A DNA stretch of 64,000 nt from Octopus sinensis (lineage: Eukaryota). The notes beneath the pieces were generated by a model. That model was not told the origin of the DNA. It worked only from the letters and a program-made list of their open reading frames with translations, and made no database searches. The DNA lies in assembly GCF_006345805.1 (NCBI RefSeq), contig NC_042998.1:5704001-5768000 (forward strand), read 5' to 3'. Shown here in pieces: positions 27,347-38,638 of this stretch (positions within the stretch are counted from its first letter, which is position 1; every line of letters begins with the position of its first letter). Position numbers and translations under genes: made by a program.

Positions 27347-27828
27347 ATGTGGGTAGTGTACAAAATTTTGGATAAACTTAAAGTACATTTGGACCTGAAG
27401 AAATAATATACTTCCTAGAGAATAGAAGTGATATTGCAACTGCAAAAAAAATATCAACAAAGCCATAATTAAAGACTGTAGAGAGAGAAAGAAAGGTTTG
27501 AAGGATGCTTGGATTGAATTCTAGACTTTTAGATATAACTTCCCACTGTAAATTGCAGTTATGTGTAACTTAGCACCACGTAAACAAATTCACTGTATTT
27601 TGGAACACAATCACAGAATTCCTAAATGTGAACAGACACCAACTAGAGTCCTCAAGGTTTTTATGCATGCTAGGTTTTACAATCTGAGATTCTCTTCTGG
27701 TGAAAGCAAACCCTCAATTCAACAAAAACTGCATCAATAAAGACTGACCTCGCCTCTTTAAAGCCATAAAAATACTTCAGCGTCCTTAATAGCAACCAAC
27801 TCTCTACAAAAGTTCGGCTGCAACAGTA

Positions 27829-28284
27829 GGTACTATACTTGCCCCAAGGTACTATACTTGCCCCAAGGTACTATACTTGCCCCAAGGTACTATACTTGCC
27901 CAGAGGTACTATATTGGCCCAAAGGTACTATACTTGCCCAGAGGTACTATATTAGCCCAAAGGTACTATACTTGTCCAAAGATACTATACTTGCCCAAAG
28001 GTACTATACTTGCCCAAAGGTACTATACTTGCCCCAAGGTACTATACTTGCCCCAAGGTACTATACTTGCCCAGAGGTACTATATTGGCCCAAAGGTACT
28101 ATACTTGCCCAGAGGTACTATATTAGCCCAAAGGTACTATACTTGTCCAAAGATACTATACTTGCCCAAAGGTACTATACTTGCCCCAAGGTACTATACT
28201 TGCCCAGAGGTACTATATTGGCCCAAAGGTACTCTACTTGCCCAGAGGTACTATATTGGCCCAAAGGTACTCTACTTGCCCAAA
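27829..28284 (+). repeat. 19-bp minisatellite, 24 units
   Basis: ggtacta(t/c)a(c/t)t(t/g/a)gccc(c/a)(a/g)a; unit register is exact (unit 24 starts at 28266). Confidence 0.95.
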
Positions 28285-29138
28285 GGTGTTATGCTGAGGA
28301 ACTGTGCCCAAAACTACATTGCTGAGTAATGAACTTCCAAACCACACAGCCATACTTGTGTTTAAGGGTAGAATTTGAATTCAGTACATTGCGACAGATG
28401 AACTACCCCTAAGCATTTTATCTGGTGTGCTAACAATTATGTCAGTTCACTGCTTTCCCTCATCCATAATATAAAAACTTTAACCAGAGGGAGGCAGGGA
28501 TGAAAGTTACATCATATATACCGACAAAGTCAGTATATATATATATGTCAGCACCTTTTACAATATTGCTGCAAATAAGAGAACATTATTAGGGTTATTT
28601 TTAGTTCCTAGGTCAAACCTAAAAGAAGAGACTTGTGATCACATTCCACAACCATATTGTTCCTGCATTTTTAGAGGTACCAAGAACTGCAACATCACAT
28701 ATGTGTCCTAAAAATTCTTGTTAGGATATATAAGACGTAATTTGAAGGAAATTTGGTTGTTATTTCTAGCAAATAGATGGACCTCAAAGACGTTCCTTTG
28801 TTAGTTTCACTTTACTAGAGTTGTTGTTCTTGTTGAGAATAACAGTTGTGGGATGATATTCAACTTCAAGTAACATTGATCCAAGCTGCCTACAATCAGA
28901 AATGTTCCAGCTGTGACCGTTTTGTCTTATTTGCGGCTTTGTGTAGCAAGAATCAAATTATTTAATCTGTACTTCCTTTTTTTTTCAAGACGGTAAGGAG
29001 TAATACAGACGAAATTTAGTTACTACATCTGGCAGGTTGAATGAGTGTGTAGAGATTCTCTTGTGGACATAACCATACTAAAGATGATTCTGGAATGATT
29101 CTGCAGCAAAATGGCTTCCCTATTTCCTCATTACTCAG

Positions 29139-29246
29139 CTCTTCACATAGCCTTTCTTCACCTCTCTTCACATAGCCTTTCTTCACCTCTCTTCATATCG
29201 CCTTTCTTCACCTCTCTTCATATCGCCTTTCTTCACCTCTCTTCAT
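29139..29246 (+). repeat. 25-bp minisatellite, 4.3 units
   Basis: ctcttca(c/t)at(a/c)gcctttcttcacct. Confidence 0.9.
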
Positions 29247-29779
29247 GTCAGTCTAAGCCAAATAGCTCACAGTGTTACTACTGTCAAGATAGAACTTTAC
29301 TAAACAAGTATTTCAATGATGTGAAGTTGACTCCAAACAATACGATCAAAATGGCTTCCTAAATGTAACGTTGATTAAGATAACAAGAAAACTGGTCGTT
29401 CTTTATTTTTCATTGTTTAAGAAAGACTACTAATTTACGCTGATACTTTACTCGTGATAACATCTCCATGTCACTACTCTGACAACTGAGAATAAGTTAA
29501 ATGTACTTTAAATATTTTGTATTAGAAATGTTCACCCATGTGATTGGTCAAGTTTAAATTAGCAACATATCATAATTCAAGTGCAGTTATAGTTGTGTAG
29601 TTAAGAAGTTCGCTTCATAACTACATGGTTTCAGGTTCAGTCCCACTATACAGCACATTAGGCAAGTGCTATCTTAACCTATCAATTAAGATCATTTAAA
29701 ACCATTACCTGAAAAATCGGTTTTTAAGTTGAAGCAAGGTGTAATTTAACCAAATACTTCTGCTTTAGAATGACCCTTT

Positions 29780-30168
29780 CTTTTATATAGGCGTAACACC
29801 AGAAATTTTGGGGGAGGCGGCTAGTCGATTACATCGATCTCAGTACCTGATTAGTATTTATTTTAACGATCCAGTTGATGAAAAGTAAAATTGATTTTAA
29901 CGGTATTTGAAATCAGTACGTAAAAAGAGAAATACCTATTTCTTTACTACCCACAAGGGGTTACACACAGAGGGGACAAACAAGGACAGACAAATGGATT
30001 AAGTCGATTGTATTGACCCCAGTGTGTAACTGGTACTTATTTAATCGACCCCGAAAGGATGAAAGGCAAAGTTGACCTCGGCGGAATTTGAACTCAGAAC
30101 GTAATGGCAGACGAAATACTGCTAGGCATTTCGCCCGGTGTGCTAACGTTTCTGCAAGCTCGTTGCCT
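29780..30168 (-). mobile_element. SINE-B plus an adjoining partial older copy
   Basis: Reverse copy joined to the partial copy at gaaatacc. Confidence 0.8.
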
Positions 30169-30239
30169 TACAATATAACTCTTGGCTGACCAAAGATTTC
30201 TGAGGAGAATTGGTTGACAGATACGGAAAGAAGCCCATA

Positions 30240-30480
30240 GACATGTGAGACATGGAAGGTTAGTTGGGAAAGCAAGGCTCGTCATTGCCACCAATGGTGG
30301 TAACAAGTAAAGGAAGAAGCGAATAATTTTGTGGAAACACACATTTTTCATGCTGAACCTAAGTGATTTGCTCGAAAATGCACCAAGTGTACAGAATGGA
30401 GAAAGTTTGATTTGCATTTTCTGTGGATGTAGATGTCTAGGAAGGGCTTGGCTCATTAGTCACCTGTAGAGCCACAGGTG
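30240..30480 (+). mobile_element. RTE-clade LINE C-terminal zinc-finger remnant
   Basis: LICIFCGCRCLGRAWLISHL*SH resembles the RTE terminal CxxCGRxCxSRxGLxSHxRxH. Confidence 0.5.
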
Positions 30481-30504
30481 TAAAGAATAATTTTGTCTGT
30501 GTGC

Positions 30505-30959
30505 ACATGTATGTATGTATGTATGTATGTATGTATGTATGTATGTATGTATGTATGTATATATGTATTTATGTATTTATGTATGTATGTACGTATGTAT
30601 TTATGTATGTATGTATGTATGTATGTATTTATGTATGTATGTATGTATGTATTTATGTTTGTATGTATGTATGTACATATGTATGTATGTATGTATGTAT
30701 GTATATATGTATTTATGTATGTATGTATGTATGTATTTATGTATGTATGTATGTATGTATGTATTTATGTATGTATGTATGTATGTATGTATGTATGTAT
30801 GTATGTGTATGTATGTATGTATTTATGTATGTATGATTGTATGTATGTATTTATGTATGTATGTATGTATGTATTTATGTATGTATGTATGTATGTATTT
30901 ATGTATGTATGTATGTATTTATGTATGTATGTATGTATTTATGTATGTATGTATGTATT

Positions 30960-30991
<32 letters not shown>

Positions 30992-31250
30992 TTATGTATG
31001 TATGTATGTATTTTATGTATGTATGGTATGTATGTATGTATGTATGTATGTTGTATTTATGTATGTTATGTATGTATGTATGTATGTAGTATTTATGTTT
31101 GTATGTATGTATGTATGTATGTATGTATGTATTTATGTATGTATGTATGTATGTAGTATTTATGTATGTATGTATGTATGTATGTATGTATGTATGTATG
31201 TATTTATGTATGTATGTATGTAATGATGGATGGATGGATGTATGTATGTG
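30505..31250. repeat. (TATG)n array with TATT variants
   Basis: Direct inspection. Confidence 0.95.
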
Positions 31251-31251
31251 T

Positions 31252-31510
31252 GGAGGCACATGGCTTAGTGGTTAGGGTGTCAGCATCATGATCGTAAGAT
31301 TGTGGTTTCGATTCCTGGTCCGGGCGACGCGTTGTGTTCTTGAGCAAAACACTTCATTTCACGTTGCTCCAGTCCACTCAGCTGGCAAAAATGAGTAACA
31401 CTGCGATGGACTGGCATCCCGTCCAGCTGGGGAACACATATGACATAGAAACCAGGAAACCGGGCCCATGAGCCTGGCTAGGCTTTAAAAAGGGCGCATT
31501 TATTTATTTT
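31252..31510 (+). mobile_element. SINE-C variant: core P + tail Z
   Basis: Core P then gcgatggactggcatcccgtccagctgggg..ggaaaccgggcccatgagcc. Confidence 0.85.
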
Positions 31511-32619
31511 ATATGTATGTATGTATATATGTATGTATGATGGATGGATGGATGGATGTGTATGTATGCTTGTACACATGTAAGTGAGATCATTCTTAGT
31601 GCTACTAGTGCTACAACTAGTCACATAGTCGGGCCATTGGCAACTAAACTAACAACCCTCCCTGGCTTGTTTGGTAAGGAGGGTGGCTTTTGCTGGATGC
31701 TCTGCAAGAAGGAAAACAAAATCTGTCAAAGGACAGATGGATTCAGTCAAGTCAATGACTATCCAGCAACTGGGAGTGAGAGAATATTTGGTCTTTGTTT
31801 AGACATCTCTAGAAGGAAATTTTGAAATAACACCCATTTCATTGTGAAACCAGAAATTTTGCTCCAGCTTGTTTCTGGACAACTTGGGTTTGAAGGTGAG
31901 AGTCTTAGAAGTGTTATGCAAGCTGTTGTTGACCTTGAAATTCAAGATGGGCATCACTGCCAGCCATTGTCTTTAACATCTAGGATAAGATAATTTGTCA
32001 GTGATGGTCATATTTGTGTACAGGTTGACACCTGTCATGCATATATGTATGTATGGATGGATGAGTGTATGGATTTTTGTTTGAATTTAGGATCTACTAA
32101 AGATGCTCGCCGTGAGTAGTGTTGTTGTTGTTGTTGTTGTTGTCAGTTCTGCTATCAACATATTACTGTGTGCACTTCACATTTTCAAGGATGCACGAAA
32201 TAAGAAAACCCATTGCTTGCAAAACAGGTAACATTTAGCAACTGGAAAGACATCAGGTTGTAAAACAATACCTCAATAATATGTTCATCTAACCCATGCC
32301 AGCATAGGAAAATAGACATAAAAAAACAAACAAACAAAAAATGGATGTATATGTGTGTGGATGCATGTACACAAGCTATGTATGTCGTCATCATCATCAT
32401 CATCATCATCATTTAGCATCTGTTTTCCATGCTGACATGGGTTAAATGGTTTGACTGGAATTGGTAAGCTGGAGAGGTGAGGTTTTGAGGGGCCGTCGTT
32501 TCATTTACATTAATCATTACCATTTTTCCATTTGTTTTTTTTTTAGTTTTTTTTCCACTTACTTGTTTTGTCTGTCCTTGTGCTGTCCCCTCTGTGTGTA
32601 ACCTTTACGGTTAGTTTAA

Positions 32620-33110
32620 AATAAATTCGCTCTGCTCCCATTTTTTATTTTGTCATGGTCAGTTTAGCATTTTTTACCTGTTTTCCTGTTGCTTTGAGTT
32701 GTTGAGATTGTTGTGTATATTGTTGTGTGTTTTGAAACACTTTATTGACTGCTTTTGGGGCGGTCTTGTTGTTAATTGTTATGTACTTTGAAAAAATGAG
32801 CTCATCCGGCATGGATTCATTGGAGGATTTTGGAATGTGCAATTCGCATGGAGGAGGAACTGGCAAAGAAAAGAGAAAAAGGTTTTTTAAATGCTTAAAG
32901 TTTTGCAGCAGTGACAGGTGCAACAAAGGGAAAGAGAAATGTGCAGGACTTGAAAGTGTAAAAGGGTTTGATGAGGAGGGATGGGTATGAAGTGGTAATG
33001 ACCCCTCCTTACGAAATCCCACAAAATGTTGAAAGGAAGATGGTGGCCTTTAAATCTTTTATTAAAAAAGATAAGAAAATTGAGATTGCCAAATGAATTT
33101 ACAGAAGTCA
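32620..33110 (+). pseudogene. Degraded 5' UTR and ORF1 start of a Tx1/L1-like LINE
   Basis: T-rich leader, then a stop-containing frame ...SFAAVT...YEVVMTPPYEIPQNVERKMVAFKSF, which resembles VWELTPPKKYLHELEERTVVLRTF of the 37137 ORF. Confidence 0.45.
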
Positions 33111-33574
33111 CAAGGAAAAAAACAAAAAGGAAAAGTTCCCACCTCGACCCTACAGACACTGTCCACCCTGCTCAAACAAATGCCACCCCTTTGCCCACCC
33201 CTCCGACACTAACCCCAACCTTTCTCTCACAGACAAAAACATGCACACAAGCATGCAAAATCCCTTAATGCCTCACCCTTCCCACCACATCATGGCGTTC
33301 AACATGAAGAACAAAACTTTAAAAAGAAGCATTGAGAACTGTAAAACTTTTCCCTTTTTGAAACCTCCCACAGATATACCCTCCACCCCAAACGTCCAAT
33401 TCATCCATATCCCAAATGACGATTTCACAAAATCACAAAACTCCTTCCCGGAGATCCTCTGGGGAAAAATTTGACCTATCACTATACCAAAAATTCATCA
33501 AGACTCCACGGTCCACGTGCAAGTAAAAGAGGAAACACCACACCACTGAGGTAAGTTCCCTTCTGTTTTTCTTT

Positions 33575-34035
33575 AATATTGGATTATAGATATATGCAGT
33601 CTGGGATTGGTCAGGAAGCTAGGTCGCCTCCATGGCGATCTCAGGTCGCATAGGTTGCATCTTGTCATAACTACAGAAACTAGACTGAGTGAACTGCGGG
33701 TTTTCTCTCCCCTCCTAAATGGCTATGAGAAATTTATTTCTCCATGCCAGCCTGGAGTGGGAGAAATGTTGCGGTCTAACTCAGGAAATGTTTGCATTAA
33801 CATGTAAGAACAATCTTTGTTGACCCAGAGGGCAGGCTGATGCATGTGATGCACGGCAGTGGTAAAACCTTCAGGTTGGTGGCTTCTCTGCTCTTTGAAG
33901 AACTGGACAATCAAACTTTTTCAAGGCCTAGAGAATTTTCTAGGAACATCTCACATAATAGTATTGTTAATAGACTTTAATACAATCTGCAATGCATGCA
34001 TAGGTTGTGTTGGCTCGAACCCAGATAGTAGGGGT
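33575..34035 (+). pseudogene. Frameshifted APE-type endonuclease (ORF2 N-terminus) of a Tx1/L1-like LINE
   Basis: Manual translation gives DLRS..LVITTETRL, IFVDPEGRL...FRLVA and LENFLGTSHIIVLLIDFN, matching EN motifs (xET, D.EGR, GDFN-like). Confidence 0.7.
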
Positions 34036-34047
34036 AACTCATGCCTC

Positions 34048-34806
34048 AATGTTCTAGCTTACTTTTCCTATTTACAGCAATGCTTGGAAGGAAGGTGTGT
34101 AACATGTGATTGTCGCATTGACCATGATGGAGAAAGTTCAGCAGAGAATCAGCATCAAATTTTGCCAAAAGCTTAGCGATTCCTGTTTAGTGACCTACGG
34201 AAAATTTTTACGAGGTTTCCATCGTTCTCAACACAATCAAGGAAATATTGGGCAACGGAAACTTAAGTGTTGTATTGATCAGCTAAAAGCAGTTTTGGCA
34301 CAAACTTGGCATACATGCACCTCATACCCAAATCTTCAGTGATAATGGACTGAACTGAACTGTAACTAATCTCCACATCCTCTGATAACTCACGGATGGT
34401 GATTCAACGATTTTCTCTCAGAGTTGCATGCACATCTGCGATGTTTTCTCAGTTCTGCTGGTTTTGGGTCTCCCAGATTTTGACAGTTTTTCAGCCATCT
34501 TGGAAATGTCTGAACAACTCATACACTTATGTTTGGCTCATACATTCCTCTCCATAGACTTTCTGCAACTTAGCATTGGTCTCTGAGCAGGTATCGACAT
34601 GACAACTTTCTCTGTCATGGTCAATACACACTACACACGTTCCTTCCAAGTACTGCAGTAAACAGCAGTAGTGAGCTAGAATGTTAAAACTTAGAGCACA
34701 TGCACAGCAGAGTTCAAGGTCAATTTTTTTCTGAGTGGCTTCACTCTGATTGCTATAGCTTTGTTACTACAGCAACAGTCCAGATACTTATTAATCAGAC
34801 CTCGTA
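34048..34806. mobile_element. Palindromic mariner derivative, copy 1 (left arm truncated)
   Basis: Plus-strand MMEKVQQRISIKFCQKL meets a minus-strand transposase N-terminus. Right TIR ends in cagacctcg-TA. Confidence 0.8.
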
Positions 34807-35085
34807 TCTTGAATCTTTATTTGGGCTTGAACGCATGTTTACGATTCACAGACATTTAGATAAGTGCTATTCCAAAAAAATTAAGGGAACTTCATGCACT
34901 AGTACAGCAGTCCATAACTTTTGAACAGCATGGACTGATTTCATCCAAGACAATTTTTCCACAGACCAGGAGATCACCCACATAATGAAATCCAATAAAG
35001 TGCATGATATATGATTTAATTGCCACAGGATTCAATTAAAACCCATAGAGGCCCTAAGCACTTACAATATTTTGATGCCCCCATA

Positions 35086-35971
35086 TATGAGGTGATGTTA
35101 AAAAGTTTCCAGAGTGGTTCTGTAGAGCACCAATAATTGGCAGCTCATGGTTGCATATGCAGTACCCTTCATGCAGTGACTTTCATGAGGCAGTGCCCCA
35201 ACTGACATCACTGTGTTTACTTCGCTAGTTGTGAAATTTGTGTTTAGGTGATCATGTTTATGCTGTAGTCGGTGATTTTGTCATGGACAAGAACAAAGAG
35301 CCAACATGAAATTTTGCGTTAATCTTGGGAAGTCAGCTACGGAGACATTGAGTATGCCTTGGCAAGCTTACGGCAATAAACCAATGGGTCATGCACAATG
35401 TTTCGAGTGGCACAGGTGCTTCAAAAGCAAAGAAAAATGTCCCTGGAAGATTATGAGCAATCTGGAAGACCTACCACAAGCGTCACCCCCAGAAATGTGA
35501 TATTATGCATTGAGAATTCATACCCCAGGGACAGACCATCAATCGAGAGTTCTACTGTGACATTTTCAAATGTTAGAGGAAGGACATTTGGTAAAAGCAA
35601 CAAGAATTGGATTCTATCCCTTGTTCTCCACACTTGAGAGTTTTCTCACCAAAAGCAACAAGGTATCACTTCTTCACCTGCCCTGTTCACCAGATTTAGC
35701 CCCTATAGACTTGAATCTTTCTCCAAAGTAAAAAAGCAACTCAAAGGTTGCCAATTTAACACCATTGTTGAGATCCAGATTGAATCACAGAAGGTCCTTG
35801 ATTCACTTACAGAAAACAAATTCCAGGCTGAATTCCAAAAGTGGCAGGAATACTGGGACCAGTGTATTGCTGTGCATGGTGAATTTTTCAAAGGAGTTGA
35901 TGTTAAAACTTAGATAAATAAGTTATTTTTTATTAAACATAACCAGGAACCTTTTGATGGCACCTCATGTA
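35086..35971 (+). mobile_element. Internally deleted mariner with both TIRs
   Basis: EQRANMKFCVNLGKSATET (HTH), EFIPQGQTIN, CSPDLAP, WDQCIAVHGEFF. TIRs atgaggtgatgttaaaaagtttcc and ggaaccttttgatggcacctcat, TA-flanked. Confidence 0.85.
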
Positions 35972-36060
35972 TAATTAGAGCCAAATTAAAACCCATACCG
36001 ACTCTAAGCACTTGAAATATGTTGGTGCATCCATATATATATGTAAAAATTTTTTTTTAA

Positions 36061-36316
36061 ATAAATAAATGCGCCCTTTTTAAAGCCTAACCAGGCTCAT
36101 GGGTCTGGTTTCCCAGTTTCCATGGCGTAGGTTTTCCCCAGCTGGACAGGACACCATTCCATCGCAGCGTTACTCATTTTTGCCAGCTGAATGGACTGGA
36201 GCAACGTGAAATGAAGTGTTTTGCTCAAGAACACAACGCGTCGCCCAGTCCAGGAATCGAAACCTCAATCTTGTGATCATGCTGCTGACACCCTAACCAC
36301 TAAGCTACGTGCCTCC
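36061..36316 (-). mobile_element. SINE-C variant: core P + tail Z
   Basis: Reverse complement of the 31252 type. Confidence 0.85.
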
Positions 36317-36427
36317 ACATATATATATAATTGAAAATATAAACAATAGGCACAGGAGTGGCTGTGTGTTAAGTAGCTTGCTAACCTCTGAACTGTTCGG
36401 ACGTGTTTTTTTGCTGCTCCAGATGAA

Positions 36428-36818
36428 CGTTGTTTCAACGTGAATTGTTGAACTTTCGACTCGACTAAAGGTAGGAATTTTGTATTTTTGTGAGCGAAGT
36501 GAAGTTTTATTACTTGCATTAATGTTTTTTAGCATTTAATATTTTTAGCAGATAATAAGGCTCCACTTTGCTCCGGATATAATTTTTCTGCCTGTGTCGA
36601 GTGGAAAGAAAATTGTATTGATGTCGCGTTGTTTCAACGTGAATTGTTGAACGTTCGAATCGACTACGGGTAGGCGTTTTGTGTTTTTGCGAGTTTAGTG
36701 AAGTTTTATTACTTGCATGAATGTTTTTTAGCATTTAATATTTTTTAGCAAATAATAAGGCTCCACTTTGCTCCGGATATAATTTTTCTGCCTGTGTCGA
36801 GTGAAAAGAAATTGTATT
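36428..36818 (+). repeat. Two tandem ~199-bp monomers in the 5' UTR of the ORF1-only element
   Basis: cgttgtttcaacgtgaattgttgaac...gctccactttgctccggatataatttttctgcctgtgtcgagtg starts at 36428 and again at 36627. Confidence 0.9.
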
Positions 36819-37136
36819 TTTGAAGCGGCATAGTCCGTCTGAAAAAATTATTGTTGAAATTGTCGTTGTGTTGTCCACGGATTACCAAGGATTATTTACC
36901 AAGTGCATTTGGCCTGGATTACTATTTTGGCCGAAGAAGTGTGAAAAAAAAAAAAAAAAAAAAGAAAACTGAATTCCTTTGCCTGATTTGAACTCTCTTT
37001 CTCTTCTATTATTTATTTGTAAAAACTTTTTTTGAACTGCCATTTTTAATTTTATTTCTTCCCTTCTGTTGCTTTTTTCATTCTCCTTTCTGTGGCTAAT
37101 TTTAATTTACCATTTTGAACTATTGTATTCTACGTT

Positions 37137-38354
37137 ATGGGAAAGGCAAAGAACTTCACTGTGTGGGAGTTAACACCTCCCAAAAAATATTTGCACGAAC
37201 TCGAGGAAAGAACCGTGGTGCTGAGGACGTTTTCAAAGTCACTCGACACCATAATGGTTTTTCCGAGAGACACCATTGTGAACGAGCTGGCAGATTATAT
37301 GCCAGCCGTTAAACATATTCAACGGGGAGTCAAATACGCAACGGTCTGGTTGCTATTTGACTCCGCCGAAGCAGCTTGCAAATTTGCAAGCCAGCCCATT
37401 GAGGGCGATGAAATTCTGTTTCTCCCCAGTTACAGGGGGGAAAAACTGTTACGTTTATGGGTCTGTGGCCTGCCGCCCGGCTTTGAGCCCGAGTGGGTGG
37501 AAGTTTCCATCCGCCGGGGTCTGAGTGGTGGTAGCGCCAAGATCCTGAATGTGAAAATGCAGCCTGCGGCTAACTGGGAAGGAGGAAAGGTTACTTTGAC
37601 TCTGTGGACCCAGTCGGCTAAGAGTCTGGTTTTGCCGGACTTCTTGAAGATGGCCGGATCCAAGTATCCGGTGATGCTTGAGGGACGCGCCCCCAAGTGT
37701 CACCGGTGCTCGGAGCCTGGACATATTAAGAAGTGTCCCGGGGGCCGTGGTGCCGCCCCGGAACACGAAAAGGAAAAGGTGCCCGCCGTCCCCTCATTGG
37801 AGGGGGAGACGGTGGAAGTCGTGGAGGAGGTTGCCTCCACGAAAAGAAAGAGGCTGGCACCAAAGAACACTCAGGGGGTGGAGGGGGATAGCATTCCCCC
37901 GTGTCTGGTGACGGAGTCCCCTGGGTTAGCAGTCTCCCCCAAAAGAAGGAGAAAAAGGAGAGGTCGGACGTCTGACGTTTCTGTGTCTCCGACGGAACCG
38001 CGGGTGGGATGTGTGCCACCCGCGGAAAGGGCTCCGTCAGTGGGAAGTGTGCTACTGACGGATCAGTGTGAGGTCCCTTCCTGTGAAGAGGAGTTATTTC
38101 TCCTCCTTTACCACAAGGGAGGGAAGGTGGAAAAGTTTTTAAATGGCTTGGGTGACCGAGAACGCAAGGACACGGTCGGCTCGAGGAGTCCGTTATGGCC
38201 TCCGCGGGTAGCTGCGGAGGTAGTAACGGAAGATATTTTGACAAGGGTCGCAGAGACCTTTCAGAGGAAAGATTTTACTTTTCTCTTTGCAGGCCTCGAC
38301 TTGTCGTCGCAGAGTTGTCTGCAGGCGGCAAGACAATTTGCTTCGGGGACCTGA
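37137..38354 (+). CDS. Gag/ORF1p-like nucleic-acid-binding protein (405 aa) of a non-LTR retroelement, L1/Tx1-like
   Basis: Uninterrupted GC-rich ORF in AT-rich surroundings. RRM-like N-terminus (TVWLLFDSAEAA, RLWVCGLPPG), zinc knuckle CHRCSEPGHIKKC, basic clusters KRKR and KRRRKRRGR. No RT or endonuclease follows. Confidence 0.75.
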   Translation: MGKAKNFTVWELTPPKKYLHELEERTVVLRTFSKSLDTIMVFPRDTIVNELADYMPAVKHIQRGVKYATVWLLFDSAEAACKFASQPIEGDEILFLPSYRGEKLLRLWVCGLPPGFEPEWVEVSIRRGLSGGSAKILNVKMQPAANWEGGKVTLTLWTQSAKSLVLPDFLKMAGSKYPVMLEGRAPKCHRCSEPGHIKKCPGGRGAAPEHEKEKVPAVPSLEGETVEVVEEVASTKRKRLAPKNTQGVEGDSIPPCLVTESPGLAVSPKRRRKRRGRTSDVSVSPTEPRVGCVPPAERAPSVGSVLLTDQCEVPSCEEELFLLLYHKGGKVEKFLNGLGDRERKDTVGSRSPLWPPRVAAEVVTEDILTRVAETFQRKDFTFLFAGLDLSSQSCLQAARQFASGT

Positions 38355-38638
38355 CGGGGAGAATTGTTAAACACTTTTTGAACATTTTGAACATTTTTAA
38401 ACATGTTGAAGAGGAGGTTTATTACCTCCTCTGAAAAAATGTAATTTGAACATTCTGAACATTTTTGAACATTTTACTAAATGTATTCATTGAACATTGT
38501 CTTAGAGAAGCGGGGGTCGGCGGGCGCTTTCGTCTTCTCCCATCACCATCTTCATTCCATCACCATCATTCATTAATGTCTATGTCCAGCCCGTAGCTAC
38601 TATCTGTGTACTGCCCTTGTGGCAAATTAAATGAAATA

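Larger units (their letters stand above)
36387..38638 (+). mobile_element. Non-autonomous, ORF1-only retroelement inserted in a SINE-A head
   Basis: Perfect 16-bp TSD aagtagcttgctaacc at 36371-36386 and 38639-38654. The SINE-A head stops at the left TSD and resumes at the right one. The 3' end terminates in AATAAA. Confidence 0.85.

Noticed and set aside
27829-28284. 19-bp array as a CRISPR, or its 150-aa ORFs as proteins; the 171-bp period as alpha-satellite-like
   Set aside because: Units are contiguous with no unique spacers, there are no cas genes, and the context is eukaryotic. The ORFs are stop-free repeat translations, and 171 is simply 9 x 19.
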